This document shows positions 9,711 through 17,995 of a stretch of 43,611 nucleotides of DNA, one piece after another (within the stretch, counting starts at the first letter, position 1; the number at the start of each line of letters is the position of its first letter). This DNA comes from Gemmatimonadaceae bacterium. GTDB lineage: Bacteria > Gemmatimonadota > Gemmatimonadetes > Gemmatimonadales > Gemmatimonadaceae. The stretch lies in assembly GCA_040902005.1 (NCBI GenBank), contig JBBDYA010000021.1, positions 1 through 43,611 of the forward strand. Direction: 5' to 3'. Under the pieces are notes generated by a model. That model was not told where the DNA came from. It did not search any database and saw only the letters and a list, made by a program, of their open reading frames with translations. Made by a program: the position numbers and the translations under genes.

Positions 9711-9765
9711 TCTTCAGAGCGTCCCTAGTGCACCCTTATGGGAAGCGCCCCAAGGAGCGCGCCTC
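9711..9765 (+). repeat. 55-bp direct repeat, copy 2 (contains the oxidase stop codon)
   Basis: 54/55 identical to 6438-6492; covers the last 41 nt of CDS 9725-11626 plus 14 nt downstream. Confidence 0.95.
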
Positions 9766-11626
9766 CCGGCGTGGCGAGCTCGATGCGGTAGTCGCCAGCG
9801 CGCGTGGGAAAGAATTCCACGTCCACCGTCTTGCCGATCGTGATGGGCATCCGAGCCTGCCGCACCACGCGCCGTGTGGGCGGCAGCTCCACGCCGTCCT
9901 CTGCCACCACGCGCCAGGTGATGAGCGTGGAGTCCTGCGCCAGCTGGTAGTACAGCCACGGCCGGCCGGTGGTGATGTTGATGAGACGCAACCGGTACGA
10001 CGCACCCTGCTGGAGCTCGATCGTGTCGGGCGCCAGGCGGCCATTCACGAGCACCGCGTTCTCCTCCTCCGCTGGATCACTGGGCGACGAGATCAGCACC
10101 GGGATGTCGCGCGCGGGATCGTGCGCGCCCACCTCCACCACCAGCAGCGCCCCAACGACGCCGGCGCGCTGCTGCCGCGCGCTCGAATGCGCATGATACA
10201 GGAAGGTGCCCGCGCGGGACGGCGACAGCCGCACCTCGAACGAATCGTTCGGCGCGATCGCCGGCGTGACCTCGGGACGCACGCCGCTGAATCCGGCCAC
10301 GCCATCGTAGTAGCTGTCCACCTCCACGCCGTGCCAGTGGATGCTGGTGGGCTCGGGCGTCCGGTTGTGCACCATGATGCTCACCGGCTCGCCGCGGTGC
10401 AGCACGAGCGGAGCGCCCGCGGACTGGCCGATGCCCTCCACCGGATCGGGCCCCGCCCCCTCCCCCGTCTCCGCGAACTGCACGCTGTAGAATGGACGCG
10501 AGCGCGTGGAACCAGGGTTGGGACGCACGAGCATGCGTATCCGGCGCACCGGCTCCGGCAGTGGCAGCGCGGCGGCGGTGTCCTCCTCGGCGGGGGCGAT
10601 CTCCACGCCGACGATCAGCCCGCCCCGCTCGGCGGCCGGATTGGGCGGCGGCACTCCCGATATCTGGAACGTCGTCGCGGGACGCGGGAGTCCCATCGCG
10701 CCGCGCGCCACCGTGTGCCCCGCCTCCTGGCAATGGAACAACCAGTTCCCTCGCCGGCTGGCCAGCCACGACAGGTCCATCGTGCCGCCGGGCGGCACGT
10801 ACGCCGTGTGCACCAGGTCGCGAACGACCTGGCTGGTGTCGGCGCGTCCATCCCCCCGGCGATTCACCCGGTAATGGAAACCATGCAGGTGCATGGGATG
10901 ACCGTCCGACGACGCGTTGATCACGTGCCAGCGCACGGAGTCGCCGCGCTCGTAGATCACGCGGTCGGTGAGCGGCCACGCGCGTCCGTTCACGACGAAC
11001 AGCTCCCGCTCCCGGTGACGGTTGAACTCGTTGGCGGCGCCGTCCGCCCACATGCCGATGACGAAGACGCGGTCGCGTGGCGCGCGCGCGCCGGGCTCGT
11101 CCACGATGATCGCGCCCGTGAGCTGGGCGTCCGCGCCCGTACGTGTCTCGAACGACTGGCCGTCCGTGGTGCCCCAGTAGTAGTAGGTGCCCGGCCGGTC
11201 CAGGCGAAAGCGCAACGTGCTCACCTGTCCCGGCACCAGCTGGATGCTGTCGTTGAACGCGCCGCCGCCGGCGGGGCGCGCGTGCAACCCATGGATCGTG
11301 ATGGTGCGATTCGGAATGGTGTTCCGGACGGTCGCGATGACGTCCGTGCCCCCCGGAACGCGGATGAGGGGACCGGGCACCTGAGACGGCCGGCCGATCT
11401 CGGCGAAGACGGGGATCGCGGCGCCGGCCTGGTCTTCGCCGTTGGGATGCCACACGGCAATCCGCGCCTCGATGCGGACGGCGAGAATGTTGCCGCTGGA
11501 CAGTCCCGCGCGCGCGCGGTTGTCGTTGGAGCGGGCGATCTCGTACCGCGGCTGCGCCGCGGCGGAGCCGGCGCACGCGAGGATTGCGAGGAGGGCGAGA
11601 ACGGTGACGCTGGTGCGTGACAGCAT
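9725..11626 (-). CDS. Secreted multicopper-oxidase-domain protein with permuted motif order
   Basis: Signal peptide; motifs occur in the order IHGLH, HPMHLHGFH, WLFHCQEAGH, IHWHG, FLYHAH. Confidence 0.88.
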   Translation of the reverse strand: MLSRTSVTVLALLAILACAGSAAAQPRYEIARSNDNRARAGLSSGNILAVRIEARIAVWHPNGEDQAGAAIPVFAEIGRPSQVPGPLIRVPGGTDVIATVRNTIPNRTITIHGLHARPAGGGAFNDSIQLVPGQVSTLRFRLDRPGTYYYWGTTDGQSFETRTGADAQLTGAIIVDEPGARAPRDRVFVIGMWADGAANEFNRHRERELFVVNGRAWPLTDRVIYERGDSVRWHVINASSDGHPMHLHGFHYRVNRRGDGRADTSQVVRDLVHTAYVPPGGTMDLSWLASRRGNWLFHCQEAGHTVARGAMGLPRPATTFQISGVPPPNPAAERGGLIVGVEIAPAEEDTAAALPLPEPVRRIRMLVRPNPGSTRSRPFYSVQFAETGEGAGPDPVEGIGQSAGAPLVLHRGEPVSIMVHNRTPEPTSIHWHGVEVDSYYDGVAGFSGVRPEVTPAIAPNDSFEVRLSPSRAGTFLYHAHSSARQQRAGVVGALLVVEVGAHDPARDIPVLISSPSDPAEEENAVLVNGRLAPDTIELQQGASYRLRLINITTGRPWLYYQLAQDSTLITWRVVAEDGVELPPTRRVVRQARMPITIGKTVDVEFFPTRAGDYRIELATPGGALLGALPIRVH

Positions 11627-11710
11627 GCCCGATATTAGGGAGGGGCGGCATGGGAAAACAGCTCTTGTGCCAATGCTACCCCACCGCCAGCGCGACGTTC
11701 GCCGCCGCCC

Positions 11711-12370
11711 CTATTCCTTGAGCAATCCCAGCTTCAGCGCGAACTGCACGTACTCGGAGCGGTGCGCCAGCCCCAGCTTCTCCGTGATGCGCTGCTTGTA
11801 CGTGTCCACCGTCTTGGGGCTGATGAACAGCTTCTCGCCGATTTCCGGCGCGGTGTAGCCCGACGCCACGAACCGCAGCACGTCGCGCTCGCGGTCGGTG
11901 AGCTTCTCGAATCGGCTGCGCTCGTCCGAGTGTTCGGCGCGCTTGCGAAACCCGCCCGCCAGCACGCGCGCCGCCGACGGCTGGATGTACGTGTCGCCAT
12001 GTGCCACGGCACGCACCGCGTCCACCAGCTCGCGATCCGCCGCGCTCTTCTCCAGGAATCCACTGGCGCCCGACTCGAGCAGTGGAATGAGCGCCTCCTC
12101 GGGGGAATGCATCGTGAGGATCAGGATCTTTGCCCGGGCCTTCGCGGCCACCAGCTGCTTCGTGGCCTCCGCGCCGTCCACCGGCTCCATGGAGAGATCC
12201 ATGACCAGCACGTCGGGGTCCAGGCGCTGCACCATAGCCACCGCGTCGCGCCCGTTGGCGGCTTCGCCGATCACCTGGATGTCCTTTGCCGCGCTCAGGA
12301 CCGCCTTCAGTCCCGCACGCACCACGGTGTGGTCGTCAGCCAGTACTACTCGAATGATGTCGCTTGTCAT
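11711..12370 (-). CDS. NarL/LuxR-family response regulator
   Basis: REC domain (LADDH, VMDLSM, LTMH, EK) plus LuxR HTH (LTDRERDVL...ISPKTVDTYK). Confidence 0.95.
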   Translation of the reverse strand: MTSDIIRVVLADDHTVVRAGLKAVLSAAKDIQVIGEAANGRDAVAMVQRLDPDVLVMDLSMEPVDGAEATKQLVAAKARAKILILTMHSPEEALIPLLESGASGFLEKSAADRELVDAVRAVAHGDTYIQPSAARVLAGGFRKRAEHSDERSRFEKLTDRERDVLRFVASGYTAPEIGEKLFISPKTVDTYKQRITEKLGLAHRSEYVQFALKLGLLKE

Positions 12371-13356
12371 GCGGCCTGGATTGCGGAGCCGAACGGCACG
12401 CGCGCGGTCACGCGCGTGCCCTTGTTCGGCGCACTGGAAATTTGCAATTCCCCACCCACCAGCGCGAGTACCGCGCGCGCCGAGAACAGCCCGAGCCCCG
12501 CCTGCATGGGGTCGTTGAGCGCCATGTCCATCCCCCGCCCATCATCCTCAACGTCCAGGGTGACGTACTCGTTGGTGCGCAGCGTCACACGCGCGTGTGT
12601 TGCCTGGCCGTGGCGCTCCACGTTGCCAAGCGCCTCGTCCACGGCGCGATAGAACGCGCTCACCACGGGCGCGGGCAGCGGGGAATCGATGCGCCCCGCG
12701 TCTACCTCGATGACCAGTCCCGACCGCCGCGCCACGCGGCGCGCCAGCGCACCCACCGCGTTCACCAGCCCGAACTCGCCGAGCGTGCCTGGGTACAGCG
12801 TTTCCGCCACGCTCCGCAGGTCTTCGGTGAGCTGCTGCACGTCGTCCAGCGCGGTCTCCAGTGTGGCCCGCGCGGCCGGCTCCGTACACGCCGCGCGCGC
12901 GGCGGTGAGCTGGAATCCGACGCCCGCGGACGTCTGCGCCAGGGAGTCGCGCAGCTCGCGCGCCACCGACTCGCGCTCCACGTCGCGCGCGCGCACCGAC
13001 CGCCCCGCGAGATGCTGGATGCGCGCCCGGTCCGCGTTCACCCGCTCCAGCAACCGGTTCAGCGTCTCGGACAACCGGGCGATGTTCCGGTCGGCCAGCC
13101 GCGACACCAACACGCGCGCGCGAAAGTCGCCGGCCGAGACGCGGTTCGCCACGCGCTCCAGCTCCGCGATGGGACGCAGCGCCACCCACACCAGCGCGCT
13201 GGTCACCGCGAAGCTCAGCAGCAGCACGACGGACATCTGCGCGACCATCGATGCATCGGGCCACACCGCGTGCGCGACGACCAGCGTCAGCACCAGCGCG
13301 AGGTTGGCGCCCAGCAGCTTGCCCAGGAGTGGAACGCGGAGCAGCGCGCGCGTCAT
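12367..13356 (-). CDS. HAMP-HisKA_3 sensor histidine kinase-like protein lacking the phospho-His
   Basis: Two TM helices, HAMP, H-box ARELRDSLAQ (canonical ARELHD), N-box EALGNVERH, DDGRG, GLGL; 4-bp overlap with the regulator. Confidence 0.88.
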   Translation of the reverse strand: MTRALLRVPLLGKLLGANLALVLTLVVAHAVWPDASMVAQMSVVLLLSFAVTSALVWVALRPIAELERVANRVSAGDFRARVLVSRLADRNIARLSETLNRLLERVNADRARIQHLAGRSVRARDVERESVARELRDSLAQTSAGVGFQLTAARAACTEPAARATLETALDDVQQLTEDLRSVAETLYPGTLGEFGLVNAVGALARRVARRSGLVIEVDAGRIDSPLPAPVVSAFYRAVDEALGNVERHGQATHARVTLRTNEYVTLDVEDDGRGMDMALNDPMQAGLGLFSARAVLALVGGELQISSAPNKGTRVTARVPFGSAIQAA

Positions 13357-13509
13357 TTCACGATCAGCAGGGTCAGAATGGACCCTCGGGAAGTTGTGTT
13401 GGTCGTCATGGGAGTGGGTTTCGGAAGGGATACGGCAACGTAGATTCGGCTAACCCGCTGCGTTGTCAGGCGATGGCGGGTTGTCCGGCCGTTCGCTCCC
13501 ACTTGCGTG

Positions 13510-13524
13510 TAAGGAATTCCCCCA
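13510..13524 (+). promoter_or_regulatory. Candidate regulator box TAAGGAATTCCCCCA
   Basis: Lies between the two divergent kinase genes; matches the 15-bp motif upstream of USP and ATPase genes (15278, 18923, 21838). Confidence 0.4.
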
Positions 13525-13527
13525 CAC

Positions 13528-14628
13528 ATGTCGATCACCGGGTCGTTGTTATCGGACATCGTGACCATCTCCGCAGACGCCATCATTTGCGTGGACGGGG
13601 AGCAGCGGATCCGGCTATTCAATGAAGGGGCGCAGCTGATCTTCGGCTGGAAATCGGAGGAAGTGCTGGGAAAGCCGCTGAACATCCTGCTGCCGGAGCG
13701 GGCGCGCGAGGTGCACCGCGCACACATGGAGCGCTTTCGGCACTCGCCGGAGCCGGCGCGGCGGATGGGGCAGCGGCAGGAGATCTCCGGGCTACGCAAG
13801 AACGGCGAGGAGTTCCCGGCCGAGGCGGCGATCTCCAAGGTGATCACGGGAGACAGCGTGATGTTCTCGGTGGCACTGCGTGACATCACCGAGCACGTGG
13901 CCCTTCAGAAGCGACTCCAGCGCGCGGTGGCCGTGCGGGACGAAACGTTGGGCGTGGTCGCGCACGACCTGCGGAATCCCGTGAGCGCGGTAAAGATGCT
14001 GTCGGCGGCACTGCTGGATCGCGCGCGGGAGCACGGCCTGAACGAGGACGCGATGGAGCAGCTATCGCTGATCCGCGAAGCGGCGCTCCAGATGGACCGC
14101 CTGATCCAGGACCTGATGGACGTGACGCGGGCGGAGGCGGGACAGCTGCCAGTGGACCGCCGGCCCGTGACGGGGATCGCGCTGCTGGAGGGGGCGCTGC
14201 AGACGCTGCGCCCCCTGGTGGAGGATGCGGGGCACATGCTGGAGGTGGACCTGCCGTCGTCGCTGCCCACGCTGGACGTGGACCCGGAGCGCGTGGGTCA
14301 GGTCCTGTCGAACCTGATCGGGAACGCGATCAGGTTCACGGCGCGCGGCGGGCGGATCACGGTGACGGCAGTCGAGGAGGGCGAGGCCGTGCGCATTTCG
14401 GTGACCGACACGGGGACCGGGATCTCGCCGGATCAGCTGCCGCACATCTTCGACCGGTTCTGGCAGTCAGCGCCGTCCGGGATTCGCACGCGGGGCGCGG
14501 GGCTGGGGTTGCCGATCGCGTTAGGAATCGTGCAGGCGCATGGCGGGCGGTTGTGGGTGGAGAGTGAGTTGGGCAAGGGGTCGACGTTTCACTTCACGCT
14601 GCCGACGGACCTTTCGGCTGAGACGTGA
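13528..14628 (+). CDS. Cytoplasmic PAS (FixL-like) histidine kinase
   Basis: PAS (FNEGAQLIFGW, LLPERAREVH, GLRKNGEEFP), intact H-box VAHDLRNP, NLIGNAI, DTGTGI, FDRF, GLGL; no TM segment. Confidence 0.93.
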   Translation: MSITGSLLSDIVTISADAIICVDGEQRIRLFNEGAQLIFGWKSEEVLGKPLNILLPERAREVHRAHMERFRHSPEPARRMGQRQEISGLRKNGEEFPAEAAISKVITGDSVMFSVALRDITEHVALQKRLQRAVAVRDETLGVVAHDLRNPVSAVKMLSAALLDRAREHGLNEDAMEQLSLIREAALQMDRLIQDLMDVTRAEAGQLPVDRRPVTGIALLEGALQTLRPLVEDAGHMLEVDLPSSLPTLDVDPERVGQVLSNLIGNAIRFTARGGRITVTAVEEGEAVRISVTDTGTGISPDQLPHIFDRFWQSAPSGIRTRGAGLGLPIALGIVQAHGGRLWVESELGKGSTFHFTLPTDLSAET

Positions 14629-15212
14629 TCACCATCGGGGGTGTCATGAGGCAGACTGCTGGAGACCTCGTTCGCGAGACGGCCGACAGGCTGCCGGGCG
14701 GTGTAGCTGCTGTCTTGATGGTCGCTCTCCTGACCGGTAGCAGCTCCCACGCTCTCGCTCAGGGGGCCGTGCTGGTAACGCCGACGCTGGTTCGCGTCGA
14801 GATACCGATAGGCCGGAGCATCAGCGCTCCGTGGCGATGGTACGAGACCTCGACTGCGGACGGCCACGCGGAGTACGCGTGGTCTGCCGTGGTGGAGGGC
14901 GACACCTCGCACTCCATTGGATTCATGCTCTTCAAGCGTCCGGGCGCTACTCCCATGCAGGGCGACTTTGACGACCTCGTACGCGCCGGCCAAGCCAACC
15001 TCGCGGTCGTGACCGGACGCCGCCAGCGGGTCGTGCGCGAGGTTCGCTTGACGGTAAGCGGCGAGGACAGCACGCTGGTCCTGGAGCTGCGCGACCCGGC
15101 GGTGATCGCGACTGTGTTTGCCCGAAAGCCGAAGAACGTGACGTTCCAGGCGCTCTCGCCGTATCAGCCGTTCACTCGCCACACGGCGCAAGTTCGATAT
15201 AGCGACTTCTGA
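14625..15212 (+). CDS. Hypothetical, probably exported protein (start uncertain)
   Basis: GTGA overlap with the kinase stop; signal-like stretch VAAVLMVALLTGSSSHALAQ; no family recognised. Confidence 0.55.
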   Translation: MITIGGVMRQTAGDLVRETADRLPGGVAAVLMVALLTGSSSHALAQGAVLVTPTLVRVEIPIGRSISAPWRWYETSTADGHAEYAWSAVVEGDTSHSIGFMLFKRPGATPMQGDFDDLVRAGQANLAVVTGRRQRVVREVRLTVSGEDSTLVLELRDPAVIATVFARKPKNVTFQALSPYQPFTRHTAQVRYSDF

Positions 15213-15277
15213 CACCGCCGTTACGACCGCCCCGGGTGGGTTTGCCCGATGCTTCTGCCCCAAACCCGCAGCGTCAC

Positions 15278-15292
15278 TCGGGGTTTTCCCTA
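15278..15292 (-). promoter_or_regulatory. Candidate regulator box TAGGGAAAACCCCGA
   Basis: About 65 bp upstream of the USP ATG at 15356; shared motif. Confidence 0.45.
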
Positions 15293-15355
15293 CTGTTTCG
15301 CGTCGCGGCCCGACCGAGCTTACGAGCCACAACGTTTTCGAACACGGGAGAGCCC

Positions 15356-16624
15356 ATGGCCACGACACTGGGACCGCGCTTCATCCGGGAAGACGACGTC
15401 CGCGCGCCGGCAGCGACCATCACGCAGTTGCTTGTCGCAACGGACGGCTCACCGTCCGCCGAACCCGCGCTGCGGGCGGCCCGGGACATCGCCGAACGCT
15501 GCGACGCATCCGTCGCGGTGCTGGCCGTCCACGAATCGCTGCCCATCGTCACCCCCGAGGTGCAGCTGGCGGCGTCGCCCGAAATGGAGCAGGAGGCCCG
15601 CTCGGCGCTGCGGCTGCAGATCCTCGCGCAGCTGGACCACCTGGCCATCGATGAGGACTGGCCGGTGGAAGTCGTCACGGGCAACCCCGCGGCGATGATC
15701 GCCAAGGCCGCGCACGCGCACGATGCGTCGCTCGTCATCATGGGGCTCGGCGAGCACGGCCTGTTCGAGCGCCTGCTGGGCGACGAAACGGTCATCAAGC
15801 TGCTGCGGCTCGGCGCCGTGCCGGTGCTGGCCGTGGCCCCCGGATTCGACGACCTGCCGCAGCGCGTGGTCGCCGCGACGGACTTCACCGCGTCCAGCGC
15901 GCGAGCCGCGGCGCTGGCCACGCAGCTCATGGATGACGAGGGGGTGCTGACGCTGGCGCACGTGATGCCGAAAGACGCCGACGCCGCGAACTACGGACCG
16001 CATTCCGGGTTCGACGGTACCATCGGCCGGGTCTTCGACCTGTCCATCTCGCGCATCGAGCCACCGCGCGCGGGGACGATCGAGCGGCGCGTGCTCGCGG
16101 GCGATCCCGCCAGGGCGCTGCTCGAGCTGGCCGACTCCGCGCGGGCGGAACTCATCGTGGCCGGGTCCCACGGCCACGGCTTCCTCACGCGCCTGATGCT
16201 CGGCAGCGTGTCGCAGCAGCTGGTGCGCGGCGCCCGGTGCTCCGTGCTCATCGCCCCCCCGTCTGGCGGGAACTTCCTGGACGAGGTGCCGCAACTCACC
16301 ACGCGCTTCTCATCGTACGAGTGGGCCGAGCGTCTGGAGGAATTCACGCGCCGCAACGCGGGGCGCACGGCCACCCTGGAAGTGATCGATCCCGAGATCG
16401 GCGCGCAGGTCGAGGAGCGCGGCTTTCCGTTCGTGGGCGCCGCGTACGACCCGCGCAACGCGCAGGTGCAGATCATGGTCGGCAACATCGCGGGACGTCA
16501 CCTCACGCGCTCCATTGGTGGCGTGACGGCCGTGCAGGTGCTGCGCGACCGCTCGGGACGCGACCTGATCCTGCGCGTGGCGCACGGGCGCGGACAGACG
16601 CTGCTGACGCTCGAGCGCACCTGA
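15356..16624 (+). CDS. Tandem universal stress protein with C-terminal DUF5335-like domain
   Basis: GGGAG RBS; two USP domains (LLVATDGS; VVAATDF...GSHGHG...LGSVS); C-terminal WAERLEEFTRRNAGR...GAAYDP...HLTRSI segment. Confidence 0.9.
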   Translation: MATTLGPRFIREDDVRAPAATITQLLVATDGSPSAEPALRAARDIAERCDASVAVLAVHESLPIVTPEVQLAASPEMEQEARSALRLQILAQLDHLAIDEDWPVEVVTGNPAAMIAKAAHAHDASLVIMGLGEHGLFERLLGDETVIKLLRLGAVPVLAVAPGFDDLPQRVVAATDFTASSARAAALATQLMDDEGVLTLAHVMPKDADAANYGPHSGFDGTIGRVFDLSISRIEPPRAGTIERRVLAGDPARALLELADSARAELIVAGSHGHGFLTRLMLGSVSQQLVRGARCSVLIAPPSGGNFLDEVPQLTTRFSSYEWAERLEEFTRRNAGRTATLEVIDPEIGAQVEERGFPFVGAAYDPRNAQVQIMVGNIAGRHLTRSIGGVTAVQVLRDRSGRDLILRVAHGRGQTLLTLERT

Positions 16625-16648
16625 GCGCACCTGAGCGCACCTGAGCGC
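16613..16648 (+). repeat. 10-bp tandem repeat (GAGCGCACCT x3.6)
   Basis: Seen directly; spans the USP stop codon between convergent genes. Confidence 0.9.
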
Positions 16649-16665
16649 GCGCTGCGACCCGGCCG

Positions 16666-17130
16666 TCAGTCCTCCTGGACGGTCGGGAGCGGGCGGGCGG
16701 GCCCCGATGTCTGCGCGCGCGCGCGCAGCCGCGCCTCCGCGGCGTTGAACGTGCGCCACAGGTTGTAGACGAACAGGAACGCCCCCGCCGAGAAGAGCGC
16801 GCCCCCGGTCGCGGTGACAGGCGCACTGCGCGTGCCGATGCTGGGCGCCAGGAGAAATCCCGTCACCATCGCGGCCAGCCCGCCGTTCGCCAGCCACCAG
16901 TGCGCGATGGCCATCCGGCGGCTGTGCACGTGTCCGCCGAATAGCCGCGGCAGCAACTGGTAGCCCACGCCGAACACCATCATCGTGAGAAACCCCACGA
17001 CGGTCATGTGCGCGTGCGCCGGCCGGTACGCCACCCACGGAGGATACGCCGCGATCGCGAGCCCGAGCGCGATGCCCAGCGTGAACCAGGCGAGGCTGGC
17101 GCGAATGAACGCCTTCACGAACCATTCCAT
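16666..17130 (-). CDS. Small 4-TM membrane protein resembling a heme-copper oxidase subunit I segment
   Basis: Starts MEWFVKAF; RPAHAHMTVVGFLTMMVFGVGYQLLPR and HWWLANGGL motifs. Confidence 0.75.
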   Translation of the reverse strand: MEWFVKAFIRASLAWFTLGIALGLAIAAYPPWVAYRPAHAHMTVVGFLTMMVFGVGYQLLPRLFGGHVHSRRMAIAHWWLANGGLAAMVTGFLLAPSIGTRSAPVTATGGALFSAGAFLFVYNLWRTFNAAEARLRARAQTSGPARPLPTVQED

Positions 17131-17159
17131 GGCTAGAAGTCCCTGGTACGAAAGAACGG

Positions 17160-17891
17160 TCAGTGGGTCAGCGCATACATGATGTAGTTGATCGCCAGCT
17201 TGTACGCGTCGTTGCTGGTGTTCACCGGCCACCACCCCTGCCCGGAGTGCTCCATGTAGTCGCCGATGTCGTTGTTGTAGTTGATGATCACCACGAGGCG
17301 CTTCGTCGGATCGTTGTCCTGGTGGATGCCGAGGAACTCCGCCTTGAGATTCGCGTCGTGCGGATAGCTCATGTCCAGCGTCGTGAGCTCGAAGAACGAC
17401 TTGAAGATCCGATGCGACACGTCCAGCCGGTCGAAGCGCACGCCGGGAAGCACGCGCCGCATCTGCTGCTCGAAGTTGTACCACTCGCCCTGGCGAAAGT
17501 CATCCACGATGAGAAATCCGCCCTTCGCCAGATAGTCGCGCAGCCCCTTCACCTCGCTCTCGCTCGGAATCCAGTAGCCGGGCTCGGAGAGGTACGCGAT
17601 GGGATAGCGCAGCAACTCGGGATCGTCGAACGTGTGGATATTGCTCGCGGTCACGTGCGGCCGCAATTCGGTGACGGTGCGCATCATGAGCATGAGGTTG
17701 CGCTCCATCGTGGGATAGTCGAACTCCCAGCCGCTGCGACGGTACACGGTGTACCGGATGCGCGCGAAGGTGAACCGCCCGTCGTACGTGGCGTTGGTGT
17801 CGAGAAACATCCGCTGGCCGCGGCGCTGCCCCTCGGCCGGCGCCGCCAGCGCCACCCCCGCGGCCAGGACGAGCAATGCGCGTCGCATCAT
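17160..17891 (-). CDS. DUF4159-family exported protein
   Basis: Signal peptide; FTFARIRY, W..DYP, DDPEL, LRDYLAKGGFLIVDDF, YNNDIGDY, INYIMYALTH. Confidence 0.85.
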   Translation of the reverse strand: MMRRALLVLAAGVALAAPAEGQRRGQRMFLDTNATYDGRFTFARIRYTVYRRSGWEFDYPTMERNLMLMMRTVTELRPHVTASNIHTFDDPELLRYPIAYLSEPGYWIPSESEVKGLRDYLAKGGFLIVDDFRQGEWYNFEQQMRRVLPGVRFDRLDVSHRIFKSFFELTTLDMSYPHDANLKAEFLGIHQDNDPTKRLVVIINYNNDIGDYMEHSGQGWWPVNTSNDAYKLAINYIMYALTH

Positions 17892-17995
17892 GGTCTCAAG
17901 CTGCGTCCAGGAGACATGCCGCATCAAGGGCGGGGCGATCGCCCGCACCCGTCATATGTTACCCTGCTGGTCCCGTAATCGCAGTGGAATACCAC

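Noticed and set aside
9674..11620. Long antisense ORFs (also 4728-6113, 17924-18901, 27385-29082, 30731-32017)
   Set aside because: Shadow frames of well-supported genes in high-GC DNA, with no recognisable motifs.
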